Of a stretch of DNA of 42,543 bases, positions 1-9,305 are shown one piece after another. The DNA lies in the sequence record DRR723986_591; one strand, 5' to 3'. Numbering within the stretch: position 1 is the stretch's first letter; the number at the start of each line of letters is the position of its first letter. A model generated the notes under the pieces. It searched no databases, had not been told where the DNA came from, and saw only the letters and a list, made by a program, of their open reading frames with translations. The translations under genes were made by a program, and so were the position numbers.

Positions 1-5
1 TCTCA

Positions 6-64
6 GTAGCACGGCTCTCCGAGCCGTGAATTGCAGCCACTCTCGCCTCGGAGAGGCGAGCTAC
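6..64. repeat. Inverted pair of GTAG-type REP elements (REPIN-like doublet)
   Basis: 6-28 reads GTAG-CACGGCT-CTCCG-AGCCGTG. The reverse complement of 42-64 reads GTAG-CTCGCCT-CTCCG-AGGCGAG. Both share the GTAG foot and CTCCG centre, and their stems differ by compensatory changes. Confidence 0.8.
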
Positions 65-118
65 AATAGTGCTTGGTTGATGGTAAGCACCGATAGGGTT
101 TGGCAGCTTCGCTGGGCA

Positions 119-159
119 AACAAAAAAAGGCCAGCAGTCCGTCGTGGACTACTGGCCTT
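119..159 (-). terminator. Rho-independent terminator of the cytochrome c gene
   Basis: On the minus strand, AGGCCAGTAGTCC-ACGAC-GGACTGCTGGCCT forms a hairpin followed by a T-run, about 55 nt after the stop at 214. Confidence 0.8.
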
Positions 160-213
160 GAGATTAAAGTTAAACCGCTCTTGCTATGAAGCGGCCGTTT
201 CTTGCGTTCAGCC

Positions 214-597
214 CTAGGGCTTGTGCGGCTTGTGGCAAGCGGCACAGTTGGTGGCTTTCTTCAGTTCGTCTTCTGCGCCTTCTCGGCCAACTACCAGTTT
301 AGCAGCGGCCAGGGCTTGGCCTCCTGCGAGTTTCTGCCATGAATTCATGTCGCCCTTTGGAGGCTCGTTTTCGAGCAAGCTGATCGACATGTCGAGGAAC
401 ATCTTCTTTTCCTCTGCCGTGCCTTCGCCAGAAACCAGCTTCTTCAGTAGGCCACCCTTGTGGGCCTTCATGACTTCCTTAATTGTGTGCTTCGGCTTTG
501 CCTTCTCTTCATCGTCTGCACGTGAGACGGTCATAAGGCACGCACAAGCAGATGCAGCTAGAATGGCTGCGACCATTTTCTTCCAATGTTGCGTCAA
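214..597 (-). CDS. Small exported c-type cytochrome, class II (cytochrome c'-like helical bundle)
   Basis: Signal peptide (MVAAILAASACACLMTVSRA), helical Lys/Glu-rich body and a single C-terminal CAACH heme-binding motif. Start is TTG 597 or ATG 576. Confidence 0.75.
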   Translation of the reverse strand: MTQHWKKMVAAILAASACACLMTVSRADDEEKAKPKHTIKEVMKAHKGGLLKKLVSGEGTAEEKKMFLDMSISLLENEPPKGDMNSWQKLAGGQALAAAKLVVGREGAEDELKKATNCAACHKPHKP

Positions 598-901
598 GGT
601 TGGGGCTCCGGATTTATAAAGGGCTGTCAGCTACAATAAACATTGATCGCCAATATACCCAGGTCATTCGGCAGTTTGGTGTCAGATTGCCTCAGAAAAT
701 ACCCATTTTGACCAAATCCTCACACAGCCACTACTGGTTTCATTGCCCCATGGGCCGTGCGTGGGATTGGCTTTGTGGAATACAAACGGCGATCTAAAAC
801 TGTTGGCCGAAAGTGAATTTGGCAGCCTGGCTTGGTTTTCCAGTGCTGCGGTGTGGTGGGCGGGGGCACGTTTTGTTCAGCAATTGGCAAGATCGACACT
901 G

Positions 902-2020
902 ATGACTGCTCAAACACTGGCACTGACAATTCACTCACTGCGCGGCGGTGGCGCAGAGCGATTGATGGCCCAGTTGGCTAATCGTTGGGCCGGTTCCGGG
1001 CACCGCGTTCATTTGATTACCTGGGATAAAGGGCAGGGGGGCTACGAACTTGATCCCCGCGTCGTGCGAATCGGACTTGATCTCGCACAGCAGTCAGGGG
1101 GATTGATTTCCGGCGTTGCGGCAAACTGGAAACGCATCCGCGCTTTGCGAACCGAATTCAGGCGCATCGAGCCGACGCGAATCGTTAGTTTTTGTGATCA
1201 GATGAACATCGTTGCACTCCAGGCCGCTCGCGGACTGAGTATTCCAGTGACGATCGCTGAACATAGTGATCCGTCGAAGCAGAAGCTAAGTCGACTTTGG
1301 GAGGCCTTTCGACGCCGCACCTATCCCACAGCCAGACAGATCGTTGCCTTGACACCGGCAATTGCAGAATTCATGAGGCCTTGGTGCACCGGGGAGATGG
1401 TCGTGATTCCTCCCGCCATTTCGCCACCAGAAGCACCCATTCCAGGAACGCCGAAGTCGGATGCTGCTGCAATCCAGGGCCAGCAAGTAGACAGCTCAAA
1501 CCGTGCCGCCGGAAGGCGGTTGTTGTACGTTGGCCGTTTGAGTGAGGAGAAGGGTATTGGCCTGCTTGAAGATGTTTGGAAGAAAGTGCAAAGCGACCTG
1601 CCGGATTGGCGTCTTTCGGTGATCGGTGATGGGCCGATGCGCGATCATGTTCGTCGTGAATTTGGCAAAATGCAGCGGGTCGATGTCTTGGGGTGGAGAG
1701 ATGATGTTTGGGCCGAGTACCGTAGGGGTGGCATCTTTGTGTTGCCCAGCCGTTATGAAGGGTTTCCCGTTGCGTTACTTGAGGCGATGAGCCAGGGGCT
1801 GGCATGTGTTACGAGCGACTGCAGCTCGGCAATCAGACAACTAGCCGATGGCGTGCGCGTTTGTGAATCACGCGACGCGGAGTCTTTCGCGAAACAGATC
1901 GTCGGGCTGGCCAATGACAATGCTGCTCGACAGAGTCTGGGCGTAGCGGCTGCGGAGATTGCAGGTAATTACACCTGGGACTGCATTGGCCCGAAATGGG
2001 ACGAATGCATAGATGGGTAG
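902..2020 (+). CDS. Glycosyltransferase family 4 (GT-B)
   Basis: N-terminal IHSLRGGGAER, YVGRLSEEKG, and FVLPSRYEGFPVALLEAM (E-x7-E motif). The ORF is open from 743, but ATG 902 fits the domain start. Confidence 0.92.
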   Translation: MTAQTLALTIHSLRGGGAERLMAQLANRWAGSGHRVHLITWDKGQGGYELDPRVVRIGLDLAQQSGGLISGVAANWKRIRALRTEFRRIEPTRIVSFCDQMNIVALQAARGLSIPVTIAEHSDPSKQKLSRLWEAFRRRTYPTARQIVALTPAIAEFMRPWCTGEMVVIPPAISPPEAPIPGTPKSDAAAIQGQQVDSSNRAAGRRLLYVGRLSEEKGIGLLEDVWKKVQSDLPDWRLSVIGDGPMRDHVRREFGKMQRVDVLGWRDDVWAEYRRGGIFVLPSRYEGFPVALLEAMSQGLACVTSDCSSAIRQLADGVRVCESRDAESFAKQIVGLANDNAARQSLGVAAAEIAGNYTWDCIGPKWDECIDG

Positions 2021-2043
2021 ACACGTCGCTGCAGTTCTGCGCT

Positions 2044-2820
2044 CTACGACTGCTCTGGTTCTTTGAAACGGTAGCCGACACCGCGAACCGTTTCGATAAC
2101 GTCGGACAGTCCGTCTAGCTTTCGGCGGATAGCGCGGATGTGGACGTCGATTGTGCGTTCGAGCACCAGGGTGTCCTCTCCAAGGGCGGATTCTATCAAT
2201 TCAGATCGATCAAATGCTCGGCCGGGCTCGGCAATTAGTGTCCGAAGCAGGTTGAATTCGCTGCGTGTGAACTCTAGTTGTTTGCCATTTAGAGTGACTT
2301 CGTGGCGGCGTAGGTCAACCTTAATGCCCATGCATTCGATGTGCGTGATTGTTTCGTCTTGTTCTGTGCCAGAAGTGCGTCGCCGCTGGAGGGCACGGAT
2401 CCGCTCAAGTAGTACGCGAACGCTGTACGGTTTGACAACATAGTCGTCGGCCCCTGCCTCGAAGCCCTCAATTTGGTCGAAGTCCTCGCCTTTGGCCGTC
2501 AGCATGAGGATCCCCGCGTTCTGAGTTTCCTTCTGCTTGCGAAGATGCCGGCAGACGTCCATTCCGCTGATGCGTGGGAGCATCAGGTCGAGGACGATAA
2601 TGTCGGGTTGTTTCAGTACAGCCTGTTCGATTCCTTCGCGTCCATCGGCGGCCCGAAAAACGTTGAAACCTTCTTTTTGAAGGTTGTAGAACAAGATGTC
2701 CGCCAGCGCTTGGTCGTCTTCAACGATGAGCACCTTGGTGCGGGACATCGCACGGCTCGCATTCTTGGGGGAGTCGTGAGGGCTGTTAGAAGGAGTGGTC
2801 ATAAAGGCATCGGCTTGCAT
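2044..2820 (-). CDS. phoB: OmpR/PhoB-family response regulator, probably PhoB
   Basis: REC domain (VLIVEDD, DIIVLDLMLP, MLTAKG, GADDYVVKP) plus winged helix (ERTIDVHIRAIRRKL, IETVRGVGYRF), adjacent to phoU and phoR. The start could be 2802 or 2748. Confidence 0.85.
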   Translation of the reverse strand: MQADAFMTTPSNSPHDSPKNASRAMSRTKVLIVEDDQALADILFYNLQKEGFNVFRAADGREGIEQAVLKQPDIIVLDLMLPRISGMDVCRHLRKQKETQNAGILMLTAKGEDFDQIEGFEAGADDYVVKPYSVRVLLERIRALQRRRTSGTEQDETITHIECMGIKVDLRRHEVTLNGKQLEFTRSEFNLLRTLIAEPGRAFDRSELIESALGEDTLVLERTIDVHIRAIRRKLDGLSDVIETVRGVGYRFKEPEQS

Positions 2821-2842
2821 GCGGTTCTGCTGACGAGGTCAA

Positions 2843-3541
2843 TCAATCGCCCTTGCTGGCACTAGTGGCACCGGATTGATCTGGTGTGTAGTGCTGGTGA
2901 CGAACGATTTCCCCACTGACCATGTAGATGACATCTTCGGCAACACTGGTCGCATGGTCAGCAATTTGTTCTAGGTGGCGGGATGCGGAAAAACAATGCA
3001 GTGCGGGCTCGACCCAATCTTGCCGTCGCTGCATCAGCTCCACTAGCTCAGCGATGACGCGAACATTTGTGTCGTCGACGTGGTCATCGGAGGCGATTAC
3101 TTCAAACGCGAGTTGGGTGTCAAAGTTGACGAACGAGTTGAGTGCCCGGCGCACCATGTCGACAACTTCTGCGGCCATGCTTTCGATGGCTGATGGAATC
3201 GGAAATCCATCGGTAGCAACAAAGCTACTGGCGCGTTCGGCCACGTTGCACGCGAGGTCCGCGATCCGCTCCAGGTCGTTGTTTACTTTCATCATCGTGG
3301 TCAGTCGTCTTAGGTCGGCGGCCACGGGTTGGTGAAGCGCCAACATCTTGAGGCATTCCTCTTCGATGCGGACTTCTGTCTTGTCAATTTTCTCGTCCGC
3401 TTCGATGACCTGCTGAGCGGCTTTGTTGTCGTCATTCATGAGCGACTTCACCGCCAAATTGATCATCTCCTCCACTTCGCCACTGAGTGCCAGTAGGCGG
3501 TGGTAAGCTTCTTCTAGGTCGTTCTTCAAGTGCTTGGACAT
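2843..3541 (-). CDS. phoU: Phosphate signalling complex protein PhoU
   Basis: Two PhoU repeats: LALHQPVAADLR...DLERIADLACNVAE and HLEQIADHATSVAEDVIYMVSG. Start placed at ATG 3541 (MSKHL). Confidence 0.93.
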   Translation of the reverse strand: MSKHLKNDLEEAYHRLLALSGEVEEMINLAVKSLMNDDNKAAQQVIEADEKIDKTEVRIEEECLKMLALHQPVAADLRRLTTMMKVNNDLERIADLACNVAERASSFVATDGFPIPSAIESMAAEVVDMVRRALNSFVNFDTQLAFEVIASDDHVDDTNVRVIAELVELMQRRQDWVEPALHCFSASRHLEQIADHATSVAEDVIYMVSGEIVRHQHYTPDQSGATSASKGD

Positions 3542-3768
3542 TCCGTTGCTACCCCTCAGAAATCCGATTGCTGGAACATGGTGAGTCCGCTCGGTCAGTA
3601 CGCTCATGGCGGTGAACGAGGCAGAATCTAATGTTTTTAGCAGGTTTCGCGACACGGAGATAGCGACGGGAAAGCGGAGCAAGGAAGCTCGGGGCCGACC
3701 ATGGCCGCGAGCGATGCGACAAGTTTTAGTCGGAGGAGGCCCTGGACCGGAGCTTCAAAGCGAGAAGT

Positions 3769-5484
3769 TTATGTTAAGAATGCCCCACTCGACTTTGCCG
3801 GTAGGACAACCTGGAATTCACTTCCTTCACCGGGATGGCTGCTGGCTGAGACGCTGCCGCCTAGAGCGGTCGTCAGATGTTTCACAATGGAAAGCCCGAG
3901 CCCGGTTCCACCCGTTTCGCTCGAACGGTCCTTTTCGGCACGATAAAACCGCTCAAAGATGCGTTCTAGGTCGTCGGGATGGATGCCGATCCCGTTGTCC
4001 TGGACAACCAGCTCGATCGCGGCCTCATCGTCGACGGTGGTTCTTCGAATCCGCAAGCGAACCGTTCCGCCACTGGATGTGTAGCGGACGGCGTTGGAGA
4101 GCAGGTTGCTGGCGATTGTCTGGAACCCGTTGATATCGCTCTCGAGCATAAGGTCGTCCGTGCAGTCCGCGACCAGCTCAATACGCTTGGTTCGCGCGAC
4201 GGCTCCTGCCGCGGCGAGGCATGGTTCTAGGGCAGTGCTCGCGGAGAACTTTTCAATCCGCATGCCGCTGCCCGACTCCACGCGTGAAAGCTGCAGCATG
4301 CCCTGCACCAGTCCGTCGATTCGATCCACTTGTCCGATGATATTTGCCAGGAAGCTCTCAGCGGCCGGGCGGTCATCCATCGCGCCAAGCTGGAGGGTTT
4401 CGGCGTAGGCGCGAATGGCCGCCAGCGGCGTCTTTAGTTCGTGAGAAGCGTTGGAGATGAAGTCTTTCCGTATGGCTTCGATCCGTTTCAGTAACGATTC
4501 ATCTCGCGTCGTAACAAGAACGCCGAAGCTGTCGCCGATGGGAAGCGGCCGGGCGGTGATGCGTAACCATTTGCTGGTACGGTGGATTTGTACAACCTCC
4601 TCACGCGGGGAGCCAGTGCCCAAAACAGACGTGACTGACTCGTGCACCTGGGGCGTTCGGACGACTTCTAAGATCGGGCGCAGCAGGTAGTTTTCCGAAG
4701 CAACGGTGACGTGTTCGTCCAGCGTTCGATTTGCCAGGATGACCCTAGACTGGTCGTCGACGGCCAAGACCCCTTCGCGCAGGTTTCGCAAAACGAGTTC
4801 GTTCCGCTGTACGGATTCATGCAACTCGGCAAGTGAGCGATTGACCTTTTCGCCGACCGTGTTCAACGTTGTGGCGAGGTTGCTGGGGCCAGCCAAATTA
4901 TCGAGCTGGATGGGGCCGGGCTTTGGGCGTTGCTGAATCGCCTGCACCCAAGGAGCGATTTCTTCGTGGATGTGTCGTTGTTGCCATCTCCACCGCAGGG
5001 CTACACCACCAACAATTGCAAGGCCACAGAGTCCCAGCGTCAGGCAAAGAGTGTTCCAAGTCCCCAGGGGCGTTGTCCGCAGCGGCCGCGTTAGTTGGAT
5101 GGTGGTCAGCCGCGTTTCGGTTTGATCGGGGGTCGCGCGGCTGCGGAGAAGTTCCAGGTCGACAAGCTTGCTTGATACAAGTCGGTCCCCTTGGCGTTTT
5201 ATGTCCGACCAGTCTGCTTGCCTGCGCTGCTTGGGCAAATCAAGGGTACTTGTTGGAAGCACATCGACTTCCATCGCGGTTTCGATGCCTGTCCATTCCG
5301 AGGATGCATCCGGTGTAGCCGGCCAAGCGCGGACGCTCAACAGTTGCTCGACGATTAGAGCGTCTTTCGCGAAACGGCTGACCTGTCGTTCAGTGTTGTG
5401 GCGGATGAACAGAGATCTGCCAGCAAACCAACTGCCAGTGGTGATGAAGATCCACAGTAGGGCTAGCAGTGTGAATGATCTCAT
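3769..5484 (-). CDS. phoR: PhoR-like sensor histidine kinase (2 TM, PAS, HisKA, HATPase)
   Basis: Two hydrophobic helices, PAS-like LREGVLAVD, H-box FISNASHELKTPL, NLLSNAVRYT, DNGIGI, IFERFYR and GGTGLGLSIVKH. Start moved to ATG 5484 because the longer ORF runs into the tRNA. Confidence 0.85.
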   Translation of the reverse strand: MRSFTLLALLWIFITTGSWFAGRSLFIRHNTERQVSRFAKDALIVEQLLSVRAWPATPDASSEWTGIETAMEVDVLPTSTLDLPKQRRQADWSDIKRQGDRLVSSKLVDLELLRSRATPDQTETRLTTIQLTRPLRTTPLGTWNTLCLTLGLCGLAIVGGVALRWRWQQRHIHEEIAPWVQAIQQRPKPGPIQLDNLAGPSNLATTLNTVGEKVNRSLAELHESVQRNELVLRNLREGVLAVDDQSRVILANRTLDEHVTVASENYLLRPILEVVRTPQVHESVTSVLGTGSPREEVVQIHRTSKWLRITARPLPIGDSFGVLVTTRDESLLKRIEAIRKDFISNASHELKTPLAAIRAYAETLQLGAMDDRPAAESFLANIIGQVDRIDGLVQGMLQLSRVESGSGMRIEKFSASTALEPCLAAAGAVARTKRIELVADCTDDLMLESDINGFQTIASNLLSNAVRYTSSGGTVRLRIRRTTVDDEAAIELVVQDNGIGIHPDDLERIFERFYRAEKDRSSETGGTGLGLSIVKHLTTALGGSVSASSHPGEGSEFQVVLPAKSSGAFLT

Positions 5485-5609
5485 TGCGGAATCCGAAATC
5501 GCTAAACGATTGGAAAGTCGGATGGTCGTCACGTCGAAGGGGACGAAATTGCCGGCCAAAGAGTGGGTCGGCGCTAGAGGCCGGGCGTGCAAATGAGAGA
5601 GAAGCGGAG

Positions 5610-5682
<73 letters not shown>

Positions 5683-5745
5683 GAGTACTCGCTAAATCTT
5701 TCCAGCCGCGGACGCGAGGCCCGATCAGCTCTTAAGACAGACAGA

Positions 5746-5774
5746 ATGCTATTTGTGTTCGGCATCAGTGTCAA
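5746..5774 (-). promoter_or_regulatory. Sigma70-type promoter of tRNA-Phe (and possibly phoR)
   Basis: Minus strand TTGACA-17 nt-TAGCAT, ending about 64 nt upstream of the tRNA 5' end. Confidence 0.75.
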
Positions 5775-5923
5775 CTAGCACCGCTTCGATAGTGCCCGAA
5801 GAACAAAAATTTATGCACTAGAGGCCGCAAAACCGTTTTCATCCGGCCGCTATCGAGCTGACTGCTGTTGAGCCGATTCTGTAGCGGACTGCGGCCGGCG
5901 ACTGCAAATTGTCAGTTCGGCAG

Positions 5924-6124
5924 CTACGCGTCGGTTTCAAAGTACAAATAAATGTAGACAGCGAATCCAAAGTCGGTGGCATCGGTCGAGACTAGACGCC
6001 AGCCCTTGGAGGCGTACTCGTCCAGTTTGTCCTGGATGTCTTTCGAGGAAGCCTCAATGATGTGCTCCTTCTCCGCGAATACCTTTGAGTAGTAGATGAG
6101 CGATTCAAGCTTGTATTTCTTCAT
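5924..6124 (-). CDS. Small DUF4177-like protein (66 aa)
   Basis: MKKYK...IQDKLDEYASKGWRLVS...YLYF matches the DUF4177 pattern (L-x3-G/A-x-x-GW-x-LV). ATG 6124 preferred. Confidence 0.7.
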   Translation of the reverse strand: MKKYKLESLIYYSKVFAEKEHIIEASSKDIQDKLDEYASKGWRLVSTDATDFGFAVYIYLYFETDA

Positions 6125-6636
6125 AGTCCTCAAGTTCCCCAGCGTCTTCAAGTTCCGCTGTCAGTGCGATTTACCACGCGAGCGGTTTGCCAACCGGCTC
6201 CAGCGGAGCCGACCTTTGGACTCTATTACAGAGGGAACCAGGAGAGTTCTGTGGGATGGATGCGTACTTCATGGGGCCTCGCGGCATATTCGTGCTTGCT
6301 CTGGCAAACCGCAAGATTCTGTTTGACAGGTCCGGGGAATCTTCTGTTAGAATGAAAAGTCTTGTCTCCCTTGGGAAATGGGCTTTTGAGCCGCAGGCTG
6401 CGTTCCCATGAGTTAAGTAGGCTGGATCAAAGTGCGCAGTGACACTGCGGTAAGTGAAGCTTCCGCGAGTGAAGTTGTCGAGCAAGTTAAACCTTCTGAC
6501 TTTGCAGGATTGCCGAGCGGGCTGGCGGTCTGACCGTTGGCAAGCTCTGACCGTTAGAAAATGCCGGGGAGCTTCGGCGTTTGCTCAGTGGTGAGTCGTT
6601 AGCGACGTCTTCGAGGATTTTTTAGGACTACCAACG

Positions 6637-8268
6637 ATGAATCGACGACTGACCATGTGTCTTTGGCTGTTGAGCGCCCTGCTGCCACTTCTCGCAGCCC
6701 GCGGACTACACGCGCAGTACACGCCAAAGCACCCCAAAGTCCAGGCGATGGTCGATCGGGGTGTGAAGTACTTGAATACGGCCAAGGATTCACCTACGGG
6801 TGGATTCGGATTGGGGAGTCGAGCTTTAGTTGGTTATGCGTTGCTCAAGGCCACCGGTGATGCTGAACTGCCTAAGGTCAAAAGCGGCATCCAAGCAGCC
6901 CAACGCCTCGCCCAGTCGTTGGCCTCGTATCGCGAAGTTGGCGAAAGCAAAATCATGTACGAGGTCTGCGTTGCCGCGGTCCTTTTAGCTTCCGTGGATG
7001 TGGCCATGTATCAGCCGGAGCTTGTCACCATCCGCGAATGGCTGCTCGAGGTGCAAAAGCCTCACGGTGGGTTTGGCTATCTAGAGAAGCCTACTGGAGA
7101 CACGTCCCAGGTGCAGTATGTAATGCTCGCCTTTTGGACGATGGCTCAGGCGGGGATGGACATTCCCGATTCTGCGGTTGAACGGTGTGTCAATTACATT
7201 CGTGCGACCATGGACCCAAGTGGAAGTTGGGGTTACCAGGGTGTAATCAGCACTGGAGGACTCGTCAGGCAGGACAAGCCAACTAAGTCGCTCGGAACCG
7301 CCGGGCTCGGTGCTCTCATCATCGGCTCAGATATCCTCCAATTATTCGGTGCTCGGAAAACTCCTGAGGATGAAGCTGAGGGGATTCCGGATGCACTCAA
7401 ACGCGTGGATCTGTTGCTCGCACGGCGTGAACGCGGGCAGACTTCTCTCAAGAAGGGCGATGTAGAGCCGATGATCAATCGCGCGCGACAGTATCAAAAT
7501 ACGTCGCGATTCTCTGGTGCCACCTGGTACTACTACTGGCGATACTCACAGGAACGCTACGAGAGTTTCTACGAAATCGTACAGGGCAAGCAGGAGAAAA
7601 GTCCGGCTTGGTACAACGCAGGCGTGGAAGATCTAGCAAAGAAACAGGATGAAAATGGGGCCTGGGGAAAGACCGGGCTGCGAGATTTCTATCCGGCCGA
7701 TGTATGCACCGCGTTCTCGGTTCTGTTCCTGATTCGCTCTACACAGAAGTCCATCGGAACACTGGATGAGGGATTGGCCTTCGGGGGTTATGGTTTGCCC
7801 ACCGACCTATCAAATATCAAGATGGTTGGAGGGAAGATCGTTAGTGCTGAGGAGCAGTCGGTTGAAGACATGCTGAAAATGTTGGAGAGCGACGAGGTCT
7901 CGGGAATCGAGCTTTCGCTCATTCCCAAGAATCTGAAACTTCACAAGGATCCGGCACAACGCAAGGAACAGGTTGCAAGGCTGTCGCGATTGCTGGTTAG
8001 TCAAGACGCTATTGCTCGCCGGAAGGCAGCTCAGCTACTCGGTCGAAGCGACGATTTGAGTGTCGTGCCGGACTTGATTTTCGCACTGACTGACCCTGAC
8101 TCAGAAGTGCCTGCCCTGGCCGAAGAGAGCCTGCGCCTGATCAGTCGAAAGCTCGATGTCCGAAACCTTGATCAGAACCCCGATTCGGAACAGCGTGCGA
8201 AGGCCGTTAAGTTCTGGAAATCGTGGTACCTCGGCCTTCGGCCTGATTACATTTTTATCGAGCGTTAA
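6637..8268 (+). CDS. Exported prenyltransferase/squalene-oxidase-repeat (alpha/alpha toroid) protein with C-terminal HEAT/PBS-lyase repeats
   Basis: Signal peptide ending GLHA-Q; QW-like repeats QKPHGGFGY, MDPSGSWGY and QDENGAWG; motifs GDTSQVQY and YYYWRYSQERY; HEAT-like ARRKAAQLLG...VVPDLIFALTDPDSEV...AEESLRLI. Confidence 0.8.
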   Translation: MNRRLTMCLWLLSALLPLLAARGLHAQYTPKHPKVQAMVDRGVKYLNTAKDSPTGGFGLGSRALVGYALLKATGDAELPKVKSGIQAAQRLAQSLASYREVGESKIMYEVCVAAVLLASVDVAMYQPELVTIREWLLEVQKPHGGFGYLEKPTGDTSQVQYVMLAFWTMAQAGMDIPDSAVERCVNYIRATMDPSGSWGYQGVISTGGLVRQDKPTKSLGTAGLGALIIGSDILQLFGARKTPEDEAEGIPDALKRVDLLLARRERGQTSLKKGDVEPMINRARQYQNTSRFSGATWYYYWRYSQERYESFYEIVQGKQEKSPAWYNAGVEDLAKKQDENGAWGKTGLRDFYPADVCTAFSVLFLIRSTQKSIGTLDEGLAFGGYGLPTDLSNIKMVGGKIVSAEEQSVEDMLKMLESDEVSGIELSLIPKNLKLHKDPAQRKEQVARLSRLLVSQDAIARRKAAQLLGRSDDLSVVPDLIFALTDPDSEVPALAEESLRLISRKLDVRNLDQNPDSEQRAKAVKFWKSWYLGLRPDYIFIER

Positions 8269-8350
8269 TCGCAATTGCTTTCCGCTAGTGTTGGAAGTTG
8301 AACCACTTGGTCCGCAACCGTCATGCGGGCCCTAAAAAGGTTGTAGATGA

Positions 8351-9247
8351 ATGAGTAGTGCTAGCTCGTCTCCAAGAGGAACCAATAGCCTCAAGACGCA
8401 GAAGGTAGACGTTGTCGCAAGTCTGCTAATGGCGTTTCTCATGGTGCTGGGCCTGATCGTCTCGCTGTTGTTCGTCGTTTGGCTAACGCAGACATTCACC
8501 TGGAGTCCAGGTCGGCTTGAGATCGAGGACGAACGGATACCTGGCCGCGGCGATCACGCACCTGGTTTTGAAACCGACGTTGAGCCGCCTGGAGCAGAGG
8601 ACATTCAAGAACTCACCGAGCCAACTCTTGAGCAGGCTTTGGAGGCGGTGACCGAGGCTGCCACGAGCGTAGCGGCTTCGCTGAACGCGGTGCCCTCGGA
8701 TGCAATGGCTAGCTCTAATTCCAATGGTCGGGGTGACAAGCGTCCGCCGGGGCCTTTGGGAGATGGAGATGATATCGTCCCGAGGTACGAGCGGTGGCAA
8801 TTGAAGTTCCAGGCAAAGGGGCTCAAGCCTTACGCGAAACAGTTGGACTTCTACAAAATCGAGCTAGCCGCCGTTGGTGGTCGTTCCAAAATGGTTGACT
8901 ACGCATTCAACGTCGGGACCAGCGCGCAGAAGCGACAAGGGTCCAGCGCCGCAGAGAACAAGCTCGGGCGATTGCATTTCATGTGGCGTAAGGATGGCCC
9001 GCTGAAGCAGTTTGATCGGCAACTTCTTGGCCAGGCTGGCGTTCAAACGCAGGGGCGAATCATGATGAAGTTCATCCCCAAAGAGTTGGAGGACGAATTA
9101 GCTCAGGTGGAAAAGCGGTACTTCTTAGACGCCGGCAAGACAACAATCAAGCAGGTTGCCAAGACCGTTTTTGAATCGCGTGCGGCCGCCAGCGGCGGTT
9201 ATGAATTCGTTGTGATCGAACAATTGTATCGCGAACCGAAGGGGTAA
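8351..9247 (+). CDS. Single-pass membrane protein (TM, acidic/Pro-rich linker, about 150-aa C-terminal domain); paralog 1
   Basis: TM VASLLMAFLMVLGLIVSLLFVVWL, linker ETDVEPPGAEDIQELTEPTLEQ, and a C-terminal domain strongly similar to 9306-10190. Confidence 0.8.
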   Translation: MSSASSSPRGTNSLKTQKVDVVASLLMAFLMVLGLIVSLLFVVWLTQTFTWSPGRLEIEDERIPGRGDHAPGFETDVEPPGAEDIQELTEPTLEQALEAVTEAATSVAASLNAVPSDAMASSNSNGRGDKRPPGPLGDGDDIVPRYERWQLKFQAKGLKPYAKQLDFYKIELAAVGGRSKMVDYAFNVGTSAQKRQGSSAAENKLGRLHFMWRKDGPLKQFDRQLLGQAGVQTQGRIMMKFIPKELEDELAQVEKRYFLDAGKTTIKQVAKTVFESRAAASGGYEFVVIEQLYREPKG

Positions 9248-9305
9248 GCCGGGCGACTAGACGGCCCCTTGTGATTCGCACAGGCAGTATTTCGAAAGAG
9301 TTGTC

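Noticed and set aside
3542-3768. Pho box upstream of phoU
   Set aside because: I could not find a convincing 11-bp-period CTGTCAT/TTAACA-type direct repeat.
6637-8268. Squalene-hopene cyclase or terpene biosynthesis cluster
   Set aside because: The protein has a signal peptide, only one toroid and no DxDD motif, and its neighbours are not hpn or isoprenoid genes.
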